The translations under genes were made by a program, and so were the position numbers. A stretch of DNA of 63,297 nucleotides, the filler included, from Kipferlia bialata (lineage: Eukaryota), in the NCBI GenBank assembly GCA_003568945.1. It is 6 parts of 5 records of this genome, joined end to end, with 100 filler letters (N's around TTAATTAATTAA, not from the genome) between each part and the next. Parts side by side here need not be neighbours in the genome. Positions count along the whole stretch, not along the records: positions 1 to 14,954 come from BDIP01000757.1; 5 more parts are not named here. The stretch is one strand, 5' to 3'. The notes under the pieces were generated by a model. It was not told the origin of the DNA, did no database searches, and saw only the letters and a program-made list of their open reading frames with translations. Positions 1 through 12,261 of the stretch are shown piece by piece (position 1 is the stretch's first letter; each line of letters starts with the position of its first letter).

Positions 1-265
1 TACAGCATGATAGTTCTGGGTGAGAATGTCTAACAGAGAATGAGACACGAGGGGTATATACACAATGCAACCGTTTACCCCACGCTTCTTCCAACAAGAT
101 AACACATGCTATCTATATATTAGGATCACTTGAGAGTCAAACCATCGACAAATACATAGGATACACCACAAACATACCACACAGTAAGCACCAGTATTGA
201 TACTCACTCTGCGAAACATCTGCAGCAACCTACATACTATCCATAGTCTGCCAACTAAACCTGTC

Positions 266-3200
266 CTACTTGGAGAATGGGAACACTGCCTCTCCTATGT
301 GTGACCCCTCTACCGCGTAGAATACCCCTCTCACTACCAGGAGTGCCTGGATGTACTCATGCATGGCATCAGCAGAGACAAACTTAGTCCCATCGGCGGC
401 ATTCATAGCCCTCTTACAACTCGCTGGTAATATGTGGGACTGGCCCCTGCAAATGAACTTGAGCACTCTAGTCACCAGTCCTCTATCCACAAGGAACTGC
501 ACAGTGTCGGCATCGACTAGACCCAGGCTAGAGCTACACACACCAAGGAATCCAGTCCAGAACACTCTCTCAGACACTCTTCCAGAGTGGTAGAGAGAAC
601 CTGCAAAGAGAGCCATCTGTGCTCTTACACAATGAGCTACACGGTTGCCAAGACTAGTCTGGGCATAGAAGGGTGCCTTAGCTGATAGCCTGGCCGCCGA
701 CTGTAGCATCACAGCCTGTCCACTCCTTCTAGCAGACGTGTATGCATGCTCCAACAGCCCCTTGGACAGTATGGTGTTGGCCTCCCAGGGTGATACTAGC
801 AGTATGTTCTCTGTGTCCGGATGGTACAGGCAGTGCGAGGCTGGACGTATGTAGCAGTCCAGAACTCCCTTGTCTGTCACCGTCTTCCTGTAGTAGCGTG
901 TACACAGCAACCTGGTATCCCATACATCCACTTCGGTGTGTGGTACTGATGTGCGACCAAGGGCCTTAGACACAGGCTGCACACAGCCATCAAGTCCATC
1001 ACTGCACTCACCACTGGCGATGAATGCCCTGACCTCCTTGCTGAGGGTGGAGGGTGTGTGGGGAGTCGCAGGGCCCGGCCGCTCCTCCTCTCTCTCCTCC
1101 TCTCTCTCTTGCTCTAGCTCCCTCTCCTGCTCCTCGTCCAGCACAGTAGCGGCAGACACAACAGCGCATAGATAGGCATCGCCACGGGCAGATATACCGG
1201 CCTCAATGGTGTCAAAGGCAGGTAGTCCCGTACTATCTTGTGCACTCTCTAGGAGGGCACCTACTGACCGTTGGCAGTTGTGGCTAGCCACTCTGCACTT
1301 GTCCCTCACCACCTGTGAGCCAGGTAGTCTGTCTCGGCGGGGACCGTACATCTCAGGAAGTGAGTGGTGCTCGTCCAGCAGGAAGTGCTTGTATACACTG
1401 GAAGCACCAGTGTGTGGAGTGGGGCGCACTAGACTCGATACAGTCTCGCCGTGGGCATAGTTGAGACCTGAGGAGTTAGTGTGTCTGACCAAAAATTGAA
1501 GGAAACGTAGATACAACTATGGAATATCACACTCGGTCCAGAGATATATGCACAGAAATGTATCTCAGTAGTTGTTCCACGATATGCTGGCAGTACGTAC
1601 CCTGTCCTGCCCAGAGTATCATGTTGTGCTGCTCCATACGACATGTGTTGCCCACACACCACCTCAGGACATCACAGGGCATCGGAGGACATACCGGCAC
1701 TTCCTCTTCATCGCCCTTGCTCCTCTTCGACGTTGACACAGCTCTCCTCTTCCTCCTCGGCTCCTCCACAGGTCCTTGTCTCTCTCTCTCCCTCTCCTCA
1801 CGCACCCTGCGTCTGGCCCTCCCTGTAGGCACCATTTCCTGATCCCCACCCTGAGATGAACGCTCAGCCCTGAGCCGCTCTGCAGCGATGGCTCTGAGCT
1901 CAGCGTCCACCTCCAAGGGGACAAAGAAGGTGAGGGACTGGCCATGGCCCAGCTGCCTCATGCGCAAAGCACTCAAGGTGAAGAACTATATGATAACATA
2001 ATGAATATGGTACATAGCGAAAGACGAGGGTCCACCTCGCCATATGTCCAATGTATATAAATAGGATACCTCTGCACCAGCTTGGCCTTTGTGAGTCTGG
2101 GCCCCAGTGTCAGGGCTGCTCTCCACGACGGCATCTTGAGATCTGTGCCCCTTGAGTGGTGGTCATCTAGGTACACTACGCATCTGTGGAGCTGGGTGCA
2201 ATAGGGACTGGCCTCGAAGGGGGCGGTGATACCCTGGTGTTGAGTGATGTGAACATGTAAATATCCTTGACTAACTGTGATAGTGACGTGCCTGCTTGTT
2301 CAGCACCATGAGCCTGTTCCCGTCTGAGAAGTATACAGCAGCCTCGACATCAGACCCTGTCAGTCTGAGCCATGTCTGTGCCACCCTTCTGTTACTCAGT
2401 GCAATCATCTGTGCTCCACAGTCAATCAAGCATCTACACCCAGTCTTGTGCACTAAGGAGAGCATGTCGAGGGGAGACTCAGGGATCAACTCGTAGTGCT
2501 CGTTGTCTGAGGGTCAAGAAGAATAGAACATAAAGATATCACAGTCAACATAAGTAGTACAGTAATAATGCATCCGTACCCTCGTGCAAGATGTGCCGCA
2601 TGACTGTACCATTGGTATGGACCAGGCTATCCAAGGGTCTCTGGGACACACCAAGAGGTAGAGTGGGCCCATTGTCGTTGGTGCCACTGAACCCCCTGAC
2701 AGGGTGTGTGCACTGCTCACTATTGACTAGATCCCAGGCAGAGGCCGTCAGTCTCTGGGGGAACTGTTTGGTCTCCAAAGGCAGCACGAAGTGGGACAGG
2801 TAGTAGTTGATGGTGACCATGTTGTGTCCGAAGAGGCGGTACAGTCTGCTTGTCTGGGCAATGTCTGCTAGGTTGATATTGGACACGTCAGCTAGCACAG
2901 CCTCCAGCCCATCAGTCTTGGCATCCTCCCCTATCCCAGCCACCCAGGCCAGCCACTTGTCCTGAGGGTTGCAGTGCTCGCATAGCCTCTCCAGGGTCTT
3001 GTGGAACTGGGTGTCTGTCAACCCTGTGCTGTAGTATGATGTGTGGGTCATCAGAATGGCTACATCCACATGTGCAAAGTCAGACCGGGTGGAGGGTGTG
3101 TCCTTGGCTCTGAAAGGCACGGCCATGAGTCTCCTGTGGGTGATGGTGTCCACCCCGTACTCAACCGACCACCTCTTCTGTAGGGTGGAGCATAGCACCT

Positions 3201-6200
3201 GGGGGTCAGTACTATAAACTATAGAGTCCTTATGGTATAGACATCAGCACCTAACCAAGTATATACATATTTAGAATAGGTACCTCGTGATGCAGAAGTC
3301 CCCTCAAGGTGAGTGTCAAGTCTCTCACTACAATCAGGGGCTCCAACTGGAGGGCATCTACATCAACGTCTGGATCACCCAGGACAATGGCCTGTAAGAG
3401 AGCACGGTCAGAACCTGGGTTAGTAGGGCAATACATGATTATCTAAAATGAATCAGACTTAATAAGGGTACGTACCAGAGAACTGTCTGAATACTGGCAT
3501 CGTGTCAAAGAGGTGTGTGCACACAGCTGATCTCACTGCACCAGCAGTCTCTTGACTCCTGTCTGTTATGCGGAACCCACACCATCTACCACTGACCCTA
3601 GAGGTATCGGCCACATAGGATGTACCACCCTGAGAGGAGACTAGACCCGGCCCTATCTCCTGCACCGCTGCCAGGACTGCCTGTGCCATCTCCCAGCGGA
3701 TGGAGTCGCCATCGAGGGGCATCTGCAGGCCACAGGCATACACAAGCTGGAACTTGTGGCTGAGGAGGTTGTCACACTCATCGAGCAGGTCAAACGAGTG
3801 GTCCTGGTGCCACTCCACAACCTTAGTGAGAGCCTTTGCTGTGACAGCGTGGCCCTTGATATGCTGTTCTCTGGTCTTGAGGAGGAAGGAGAGTCTGTGG
3901 CCTGGCACTGTCAGCACTGTATCCCCTCGCTTACGGGCATCTTCCAACTGAGTGAGCATCTTATCAGCAGCGGTTGCGCTAAAGGATATCCCACGGTTCA
4001 CTGGGAAGGTTAGGACTCTCTTCCCCAGCAGACCACCCATCCAGAGCCTGAAGGTCAGCGTTGTGGTTGAAACACTAGTACATATCTTCAATCGAAAGTA
4101 ATACCATCGATATGTCTTATAAGAAATGATGTATATAGATGTGTAGTAAATTTTGTACCTGAGGTTGGCCAGGTTGGTGTCGTAGAGCGATGCTAGCACA
4201 GTGACTCTAGGGATGGTGCTGTGCTTGGGGTCCTGTCCACTGATTGTGGCACATAGCAGAGGGATGACCACACTAGTCTTGCCCTCTCCGTTCTTCAGCT
4301 GCAGCACTGCATTCCCTCCCTCACTGTCTCTCATCTCCTCAGCAATGTCAGCCTGGTGCTGTCTAATCATGATACCCCTCTCGGCCTCAAAGACTAGGTA
4401 CTCCGGGTACTCCTTGGGAGACCAACCCCCATGCCTAGTGAGGATGTCGGTCACTAGCTTGCCAGAGAGATGGGCAGAGTAGGTAGGGTCAGCGGAGAGG
4501 CCAGTGTTGGCTGCTATGTTGCGGTACATGTCTCTGCAGCGGCAGGTCTTGGCTTGGTACACAGCTGTGTTGAGGTAGTGGCATAGAGCAGTCTTCATAG
4601 CAGTGGGTGTCTGTGCCCTAAGCACTAGAGGTACCAGAAGGAGAGGTGACACTGATGCCATTGATCCAGTCAGTCTGCTAGGGTAGCACCTCCGCAGCCG
4701 CTTCCAGGCACTCTCCACTCCACTAGCAGCGACTGCACATGCCTTGTCCAGTGCTGCAACGACTGTAGCATGATCTGCCAACACATACCCTGCGTTGTAG
4801 AGGTGAGTGTCTGACCTGTCCCAGGACTCTCTGAGTGCACCTAGCATCTCTTGGCCCATAGGTAGGGAGAGCACATTTTCAGGCCCAGCGGTACCCGTCT
4901 CGAAGGGGAAGGGAGTACCAGTCAGTGTGGTCTCTGAAGTTACCTCAGCGGATACCAGACAAGAGTCGAAGAGGGCATCCACCTTTGGCCACTTGCCAGA
5001 AGTAAATGACAATGTAGAGGACTTAGTGTCAGGTGGGAGACTGTGTGGAATAGGCACCGTACACTCTAGAGACTCCAGGTCGGGTACGCCGTCATATGAG
5101 GTAGGAGCAGCGTTAGATGGCGGGATTGTGAAAGCACTCTTGGCGGTAGGGGCCCTGATACACGTGACAATGGTCTTGGCAAACTGCCGCATCTGCAGAG
5201 AGGTAAGGATGGGTGGCATTAACCCCTCCAACAGCTTGTACCACTTCGTCTCCAGAGTCCCTGTGCCATGGACAAAGCAGTTCCCCAAGGGTCTGCCGGA
5301 CTCGAAGTCACTCTCCCACTGCTTCCCACACCTCTCTGCCCTGGCCTCCAGGCTCTGATTGAGCTTGACCTCTCCGTACTGTGCCTGGACATCGTAAGGG
5401 TTAATGATAGGTCTGAATCTCATCCATGCGTGATGCCTGCCACTCCACTTTGGGAGTGCACTGCGAGCACGGGACAGGTACTTAGTCTTTGCCTCTACAA
5501 GAGAGGCGCAGAAGGGGACTAGGGGCATAAGGTTGGGTTTCCAGTAGTTGATGAAACTCGTGGCATAGAAGAGTGCCTCTGGTGACTGATCGGTGTACAT
5601 GCTTGTCATCAGCATGGCATACGCCAGTCTAGGACAGCGATTCTCCTTGACGTAGCTTGAACGACAGCCGAGCACTCGCGTCATCTCTCTCTCCAGACAA
5701 GGGAAGGGACACTCATAGGCATCAGACGTCAGCAGGGCATGCATGTCCATCTTGGGCACTGTGCCGTTGTAGTAGTGGGTAGCACCCATACGCACTCGGC
5801 GTTCAGCAGCAGTGGAGGACTGTGGCGCTGAAGGATGATGGCAAGTGGCATCCTTCAGCCCTATGAGCCCTCTCTCTTCCTCTGTCAGTAGGAGTGATGG
5901 TGGGAGGAGATGTGCCTCACGTAGGTAGGGGCAGAACCGCATCTCGCTCTGAACGTGTCCGAGGGAAGAGACACCCTCGTAGAGAAAGCCCATCTCCCCT
6001 GCCTTTCTGGACAGACTCTGACACAAACCGGCAAGACCATCATGTGCACATACAGGAGCAAGAGCCGTGGGGAAGTTGACCGTCTCGAATAGACCACTGT
6101 GAGGCGGGTACATCCCCCTGACAGGTGTGAGTCCACGTATCTGATTGAACGCAGCCACTGTCTCTGCTGGGTATGGTGCATTGGACCAGCACCTTCTGAG

Positions 6201-9200
6201 ATAGAGCATGGCCATCTCTGTCCCTTTGCATAGGGTGAAGGGCTCTCTCATGGGACTGGCAGTGGCAGCATGTAGTAGCGCTAGGTAGGGCCAGTATGTA
6301 TCTGCTTGGACGTCGAGACACCTCAGCGTGTGACTCACACCAAAGCAGAAGACTGGAGGGTTGCTGCAACGGCCACTGAGACTGACAGTGCATGTATGGT
6401 GCACACATCCACTCTTTCGTGTCAGGTCTACTGAACCGTGTGGCACTAGATACCGCTGAGGCACCCCGTGGACATCACTGAGCACTAGCTTGGCCTGCAG
6501 TCCAACAAGCACCCCAAGGGGGTTGGTCCTTGTATCCACATGGAGAGAGGGGAACTCTAGACTCCGTATACAGCGTGGCTCTATACTGAAGTGCAGACCA
6601 AGCCTCACCAGACAGACCTCAGGTGGAGGTGTAAGGCCATTGTCAGCAGTGCAGTATACCACCACGTGCTCCAGTGAGTCCAGACACTTGAACACTCGCA
6701 TGAGGCGGGAGACTGCTCTGCTGGTGCGGCACACTACGTGTCTCCCATCATTCTTGATCAGCCTCCAGCCAGGGGTAGCAAGGTAAGGGTGGGTGCTGGA
6801 GGGTGGCTCCATGTGGAAGTCTCTAGGAACATCTCTCTGCCTGACAGTCTCTGACAATACACGCACTGGCCGGAACAGTATGCAACCACTGTGTTGACAC
6901 CTGCCCTCTGCCTTCAAACACAGCCAGTGGGAGTACTTGGTGGTCAGGAACCTAGCCATGTGTGGAGCCAGAAGGCTATGGGGCACTAAGAGCCACCGGT
7001 TGCCCCTCTCTGTCATGTGGATGGATCCGTTGATACCAAAGAAGAAGACGAGACCCCTGTACGCTGAGGTGGTGACATAGCTGTGGGAGGTGGCCTGGGA
7101 TTAGAAAGGAGGGGGCAGATCTCTATGTATATGCGACACATAACATACCCTGTGCACTCTGAATATCTTGTTGCCGAAGGTGCGTGCATACAGTGCACCA
7201 CTAGTGATAGAGTCTGGCAGTCTGGTAGAGGGGTATCCATCCACCAGGAAGTTGCCATAGAATGTGTCGAACTGGACACACACCCCATCATAGCGGGCCC
7301 ACCAGTACCTAGGGTGAGGGACAAAGAGGTACCAAGTATTCAGGGAAGAAAGTATGTGTATGAATATATGTACCTGCAGGCGTCCCCTGTGTGCTGAGTG
7401 AAGGTGGGTGTCCTGCCCTCTGCTGCGTTCCAGTGAGACCCAACGAACTCAGGCAGAATGCTGCCATCGCCAGTGAGCAGTGACACTAGAGACTCCTGCA
7501 GGGAGAGGGAGACTCTGAATGCATCAACAACATGTGCTGCGGTGTCAGTGCCGGGTCTGAGGATGACACTGTCCCTGAGACAGGCAAGGAGTGACATGAA
7601 CACAAGTGCACGTTCACGTGTGAGAGGTACGTCCTCGAGTGCGGATATCGCGTAGCAAAGGACTCTGGTCATCTTTGACCTGACCTTGTCGACCTCTGCT
7701 GTTGCCGCCCCTTCCGTATCCAGTGCAGCCTCTGTCTCTCTCATCATGTCCAGCCATCTGACACAGCAGTCAAAGCAGAGGGTGAGGAGACTGTTGCCCT
7801 TCTCCCTCTGACCACACGCCCTCATGACCTTAGCTACCGATAGCACTGTCTCCATCACTATCTCGTGGCACCAGTTTTCAGATACAGAGTCCAGCAGTCT
7901 AGTGGTATGTTCCACCATGCTATCCACCACATCAAAGTCTAGCCAGTCGCCATGCCACTCCCTCAGGTACTTGACATCACAAGGGTGCTCCCTAGGGGGG
8001 CCAGCCTGTCTGAGTGCAAGACCTACTAGATCTGCAACTCCACTCTCATTGAAGGAGAGAGTACTGGATGCAAGGGCACTGAGCACATTGCGGACCTGGA
8101 GGTGCCCCCCTGCACGCAAGGAGCCATAGGCCACGAACTCAGCGGGGTCCAGTCCTGTTGCCCTATCACATTGTCGAGCCAGAACCTGGAGTGAGTATCA
8201 GCGGAAGTAACCTCATGAGATGTAACCAACATCACAGTGAAGATGGGGAAGGGAGACACTCGCGCCACATAGATACATCATTGTATACCATGGATAAAAA
8301 GACTGTTAGATAGTACCCACCTGATTCTGAGTGTGGCTCACCCCCCACACCGCATCGAGCGAGGCTGTCTGCAGGCAGGAGTAGGGGGTTTCCACCTGGA
8401 TCCCCAGGAGTCTATCGGCACTCCACACAGACTGATGGGGGTAGCGCACGTACTTAACACGCGCAGCCGTGTAACATGAGTACCCACGACTCTCTAGCAG
8501 TATGTTGATGTTCCTACCATTGGGCACATAGAACTCACTGTACTTGGCGCTGACGTGGCGGATAGAGTAGTGTGAGTCTTTGAACTTCATTGTAGTACTC
8601 CGCAGAGTGGGCACGAGACTGTTGACACACGACACTGGCCACTCATATGTGGTAGACACAGGACCACCAGCGGATGTGGCAAGCTGCTTCTCTAGCCTCG
8701 TGAGTACAGCATACATGTGCTGGAGGAATGTGGGCATAAGGGCGAAGAACGCAACCACCCTCTTCTCAGTCTCACTCTTCGGGAGAGGATCCTCCACCAC
8801 TTTCACATACATACTCTTCATAGTAGAAGTGGCTCTACAGGCTGTGCAGAAGCGGGTGCGAAAGTGGTTGTCATCAAACACACACTCACACTTCTGGAGA
8901 CTGATCTCCTCGAGTCTCTCATACTCCTCTTTCTGAGCGCGCACCTCCCTCTTCTTCGCCTTGCATGCCGCTTTGTAACTATCCTCCAGCTGCCTAATGT
9001 ACTTACACATATCCGCGCTGTGACTGGCATACTGAGAGGGTACGTCACCCGAGCCCTTTCCTATTACACAGCCAGTGGCACTGGATCTGCACTTTTCAAA
9101 GTACCTCTCTACACGATGCACCAGTCTCAGCTCCTCTTCACTCCCAAATAGCAGGCTGTGCAGAGCGGTGGTGTCTACTGAGAGACGACCCTTGGAGACG

Positions 9201-11130
9201 GTGTTACTGCCATGCAGCCGGTCTCTCTTACAGGCTGCCTTGTGGGTGTACACTGCGACTGCATAATGTAGCAAGAACACACGGCTCTGGAGGTGGATGT
9301 GGCGACTAGCAAGTGTGCGCAAGTCAAGCTTCGACAGCCAAGTAGACACGGCACTACAGCGCTGTAGATAGGCATCACACTCACTTGCAGAAGAGAGGTT
9401 AGTGAGGGTTTGTGGAAAGTATCCTCCATCCAGACACGCCTCATACACATCGTGTAGTGCCACTAGAACCACTTGGATGTCCGAGCAAGTAGGCAGTGCA
9501 TTCCAACAGCGACGGGGACAGCTAGGGGGTGTAGGGGTCCCTGTGGATGTCTCAGCACTGGGGTGTCTGTCTGCCGATGATATATAGGCATCAACCTTAG
9601 GCATGTGGTGTCCGATACTGGAGCGGAAGTCAGAGGACACTGCCTCCTTGATAGGTAGGGTAGCTTGGGAAAGAGAGGCGGTGTGTCTCGCCCATGCTGC
9701 CTCCATGCTATCCCTCAGTCTCTTACACGTGTTGTTAGCACTGGTAAGGGTGACCTTGTGACCAAGCAGGGTACTCTCTGGAAGCTCCTCACACTCATAG
9801 AGTGTCTGTCTCTCCCACTCCACCCCATACCGGACGAGGGTAGTAGCAGACAGTGTGTCAAGGGCGGTGTCAATGGCACGGGACCTAAGTCTCAGCATGA
9901 TGTGGTCCAGCGTGTCTTCAATCAAGTCTGGAATGAGAGAGAGATATACGACAGCAATACTATTAGTACAGTAGGAAAGGCTGTCCCACACCTGCCTTGA
10001 CCCCTGCCCTCTGTATGCAGAGTCTGCACAGTGTCTCCACTGTATAGAGCACCATGCTCTTGCGGCATATGGTACCACTGTCATAGACTGCTATGGGGGA
10101 GACAGGGTGACTGAAGACAGGCCACTCGATTTGGGTGGCACCAGAGCCCTAAGTGTGAGCGGAGAGAGCCATTAGTAAGCAATATATACCGGTGCACGCC
10201 ACTGGGTAGGAGGAGAGAGCTTAGAGAGAGAGAAGAGATAGACAGAGCTGGATGCCCCAACATCACTATGAATCAGCGAGAAGACGTGTATTAGAGACAT
10301 AACTGATTCAGGGGAGAGAGTGGGATGAACCCAGGTACCAATATCAAGACATGCCGGCAGCCACTCATAGACACCGCTCATATAACGTATATATACATGA
10401 AGAGAGAGAGAGAGAGAGGGAGAGAGTAGAGTCATACCTCCAGAGAAGCCAGCAGCCACTCATAGACCACGTGTCCATCTGGCATAGCTCTCTCCTCCCT
10501 GACAGCAGTGCCCTTCTTATAGGAGACATCGGTGCTCTCGATGGTGTCACGCAGCCTGACAACCTGCTGCCAGAAGACAGGGGAGAGGATACGGCTGGGG
10601 ACAGAGAGAACCTGGAGTGAGGTATAAACATACGAGAGACGGAGACAGGACATCACTGGGGACGGAGAAAGGGGGGAGTATATAGAACAGACCATACTCC
10701 TTCCCATTCTAGTCATACCTGTCTTGGCCCCTGGAGAGTGGCAGTGACTGTATTTGCATCACTCCCATCCACTCCCACCCTGTAGCTACTGTGGCCTCTG
10801 CCTGGTGTAAGTGAGAGAGACAGGGTGTCAGAAGAACACTGGGGCCCTCCCTGATGTGTGTGGGTGGCATGTATAAAAAGATACTGTGGCCTCCGCCTAG
10901 GTTTGGGAGAAGAGAGAGAGAGGGAAAGGGAGGGGTAGAGCGAGACAGCTAGAGGGAGAGAGAGAGAGAACGACAGAGAGAGACCTCACTAAGAACAAAT
11001 GCATATGCACTTACAGCAACATAGGAGAGTGTAGACCCATGTGTATCCATACCTGGTTTGGTGGGGATGGCTAGGTCGAAGCACTGCAGGAGGACATGGT
11101 CAGCAGGTATGGATGCTGAGTCACTACGGT

Positions 11131-11168
<38 letters not shown>

Positions 11169-11889
11169 TGGCAGGACATGGTCAGCAGGTAAAGATGCTG
11201 AGGGAAGGGTGTCAGTGTGACTAGGGTTAGATAGAGAGAAAGAGGGGGGATACAGATACATAGATATACACTTGCGTCACGTACCTGGCAGTGGGTCTCT
11301 GGTGTATGGTATGTGTAAATGAGAATATATAGCTAGAGAGAGAGAGAGAGAGCGAGAGAGAGACATAGAGATGTACCTGACACTGGGTCTTGTGAAACAG
11401 AGTAGAGTGTTATGTGCAGACAGCAGCACCGGCACAATTGACCCCTCAGTGGAGTCAGACACCAGTTTGTGCAGGGTAGCTGGAGTCAGTACATATATAG
11501 GACAGGAAATGTACTACTAGATGTAGGTGCAGTGTGGTACATATGTATAGCCATCAGTTTGTGTAGTGTACCTGAAGTCAGAATAGTACTTGTCATTGTT
11601 ATCTGCAGATATCTCAAAAGACAACTTACACAAACAGCATAACATACGTATACGGCTAGTTCCCACCTGATCTACTAGATGTCCCACTGGGTGAGAGCAG
11701 AGACAGATGCTCAGTCACAGGAGTGAGCAGAGCAGCAACATCCTGGTCAGACTGCCACAGCCCCACAAACAACTTCAGCAATGCATCATCCACATCGTCA
11801 CCCCCCCTCCCAGGGCCCTCCCTTGTCTGGAAGAGATGTCGCATGGCCCCTTTAAGGGCATTGCTCCCTATGTCTACCCGATCCGGCAT
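266..11889 (-). CDS. Giant multi-exon DUF6606-DUF3638-DUF3645 protein (SF2/SecA-like P-loop NTPase motifs; family often auto-annotated as ubiquitinyl hydrolase)
   Basis: Spliced ORFs contain LQLKNGEGKTSVVIPLL (Walker A), DLLDECDNLL (DExD-like), AVPFRAKDTPSTRSDFAHVDVAILMTHTSYY (DUF3645), GFSGTNDN, LIDCGAQM, YLDDHHSRGTDLKMP, LRMRQLGHGQSLTF and VLDEEQERELEQERE. 5' exons (IVPVLLSAHNTLL; KKGTAVREERAMPDGHVVYEWLLASL) resemble DUF6606. Start ATG 11889 is inferred; stop TAG at 266-268. Confidence 0.88.
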
Positions 11890-12261
11890 GACAAGAGGGT
11901 GAAAGAGAGAGAGGAGGACTTGTCTGGCGTGATCATTTTTGTCTATCTAACCCTTATTCACTGTACTATCCCTTTAGAGTCTGGGCAAGTCACGAGCAAT
12001 ATACATATATATGGACCTCTCTCCATTCTGGACGTGCCAAAGTACACACTCGCCCTCTATTCTACCCAGACCTCTCCTAATAAGGTCTGGCTGTGACATG
12101 CACAAATGGTGTGATATCATGAAGCATCACATTCATGCACACGCTAGGGTATGACGCTCTATGCATCCACTGCCTTGACCATCACTTACACACGAGTGAC
12201 AGGGATTCAATAGACTGTGCGGCTTAGTAGCTAGTAAGAGACAGTACTTAGGCGGCATAAG

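Noticed and set aside
3459..7016. 1185-aa ORF as a standalone gene
   Set aside because: It is an internal part of the giant gene and reads through an in-frame intron (about 4048-4158, YKIYYTSIYII...).
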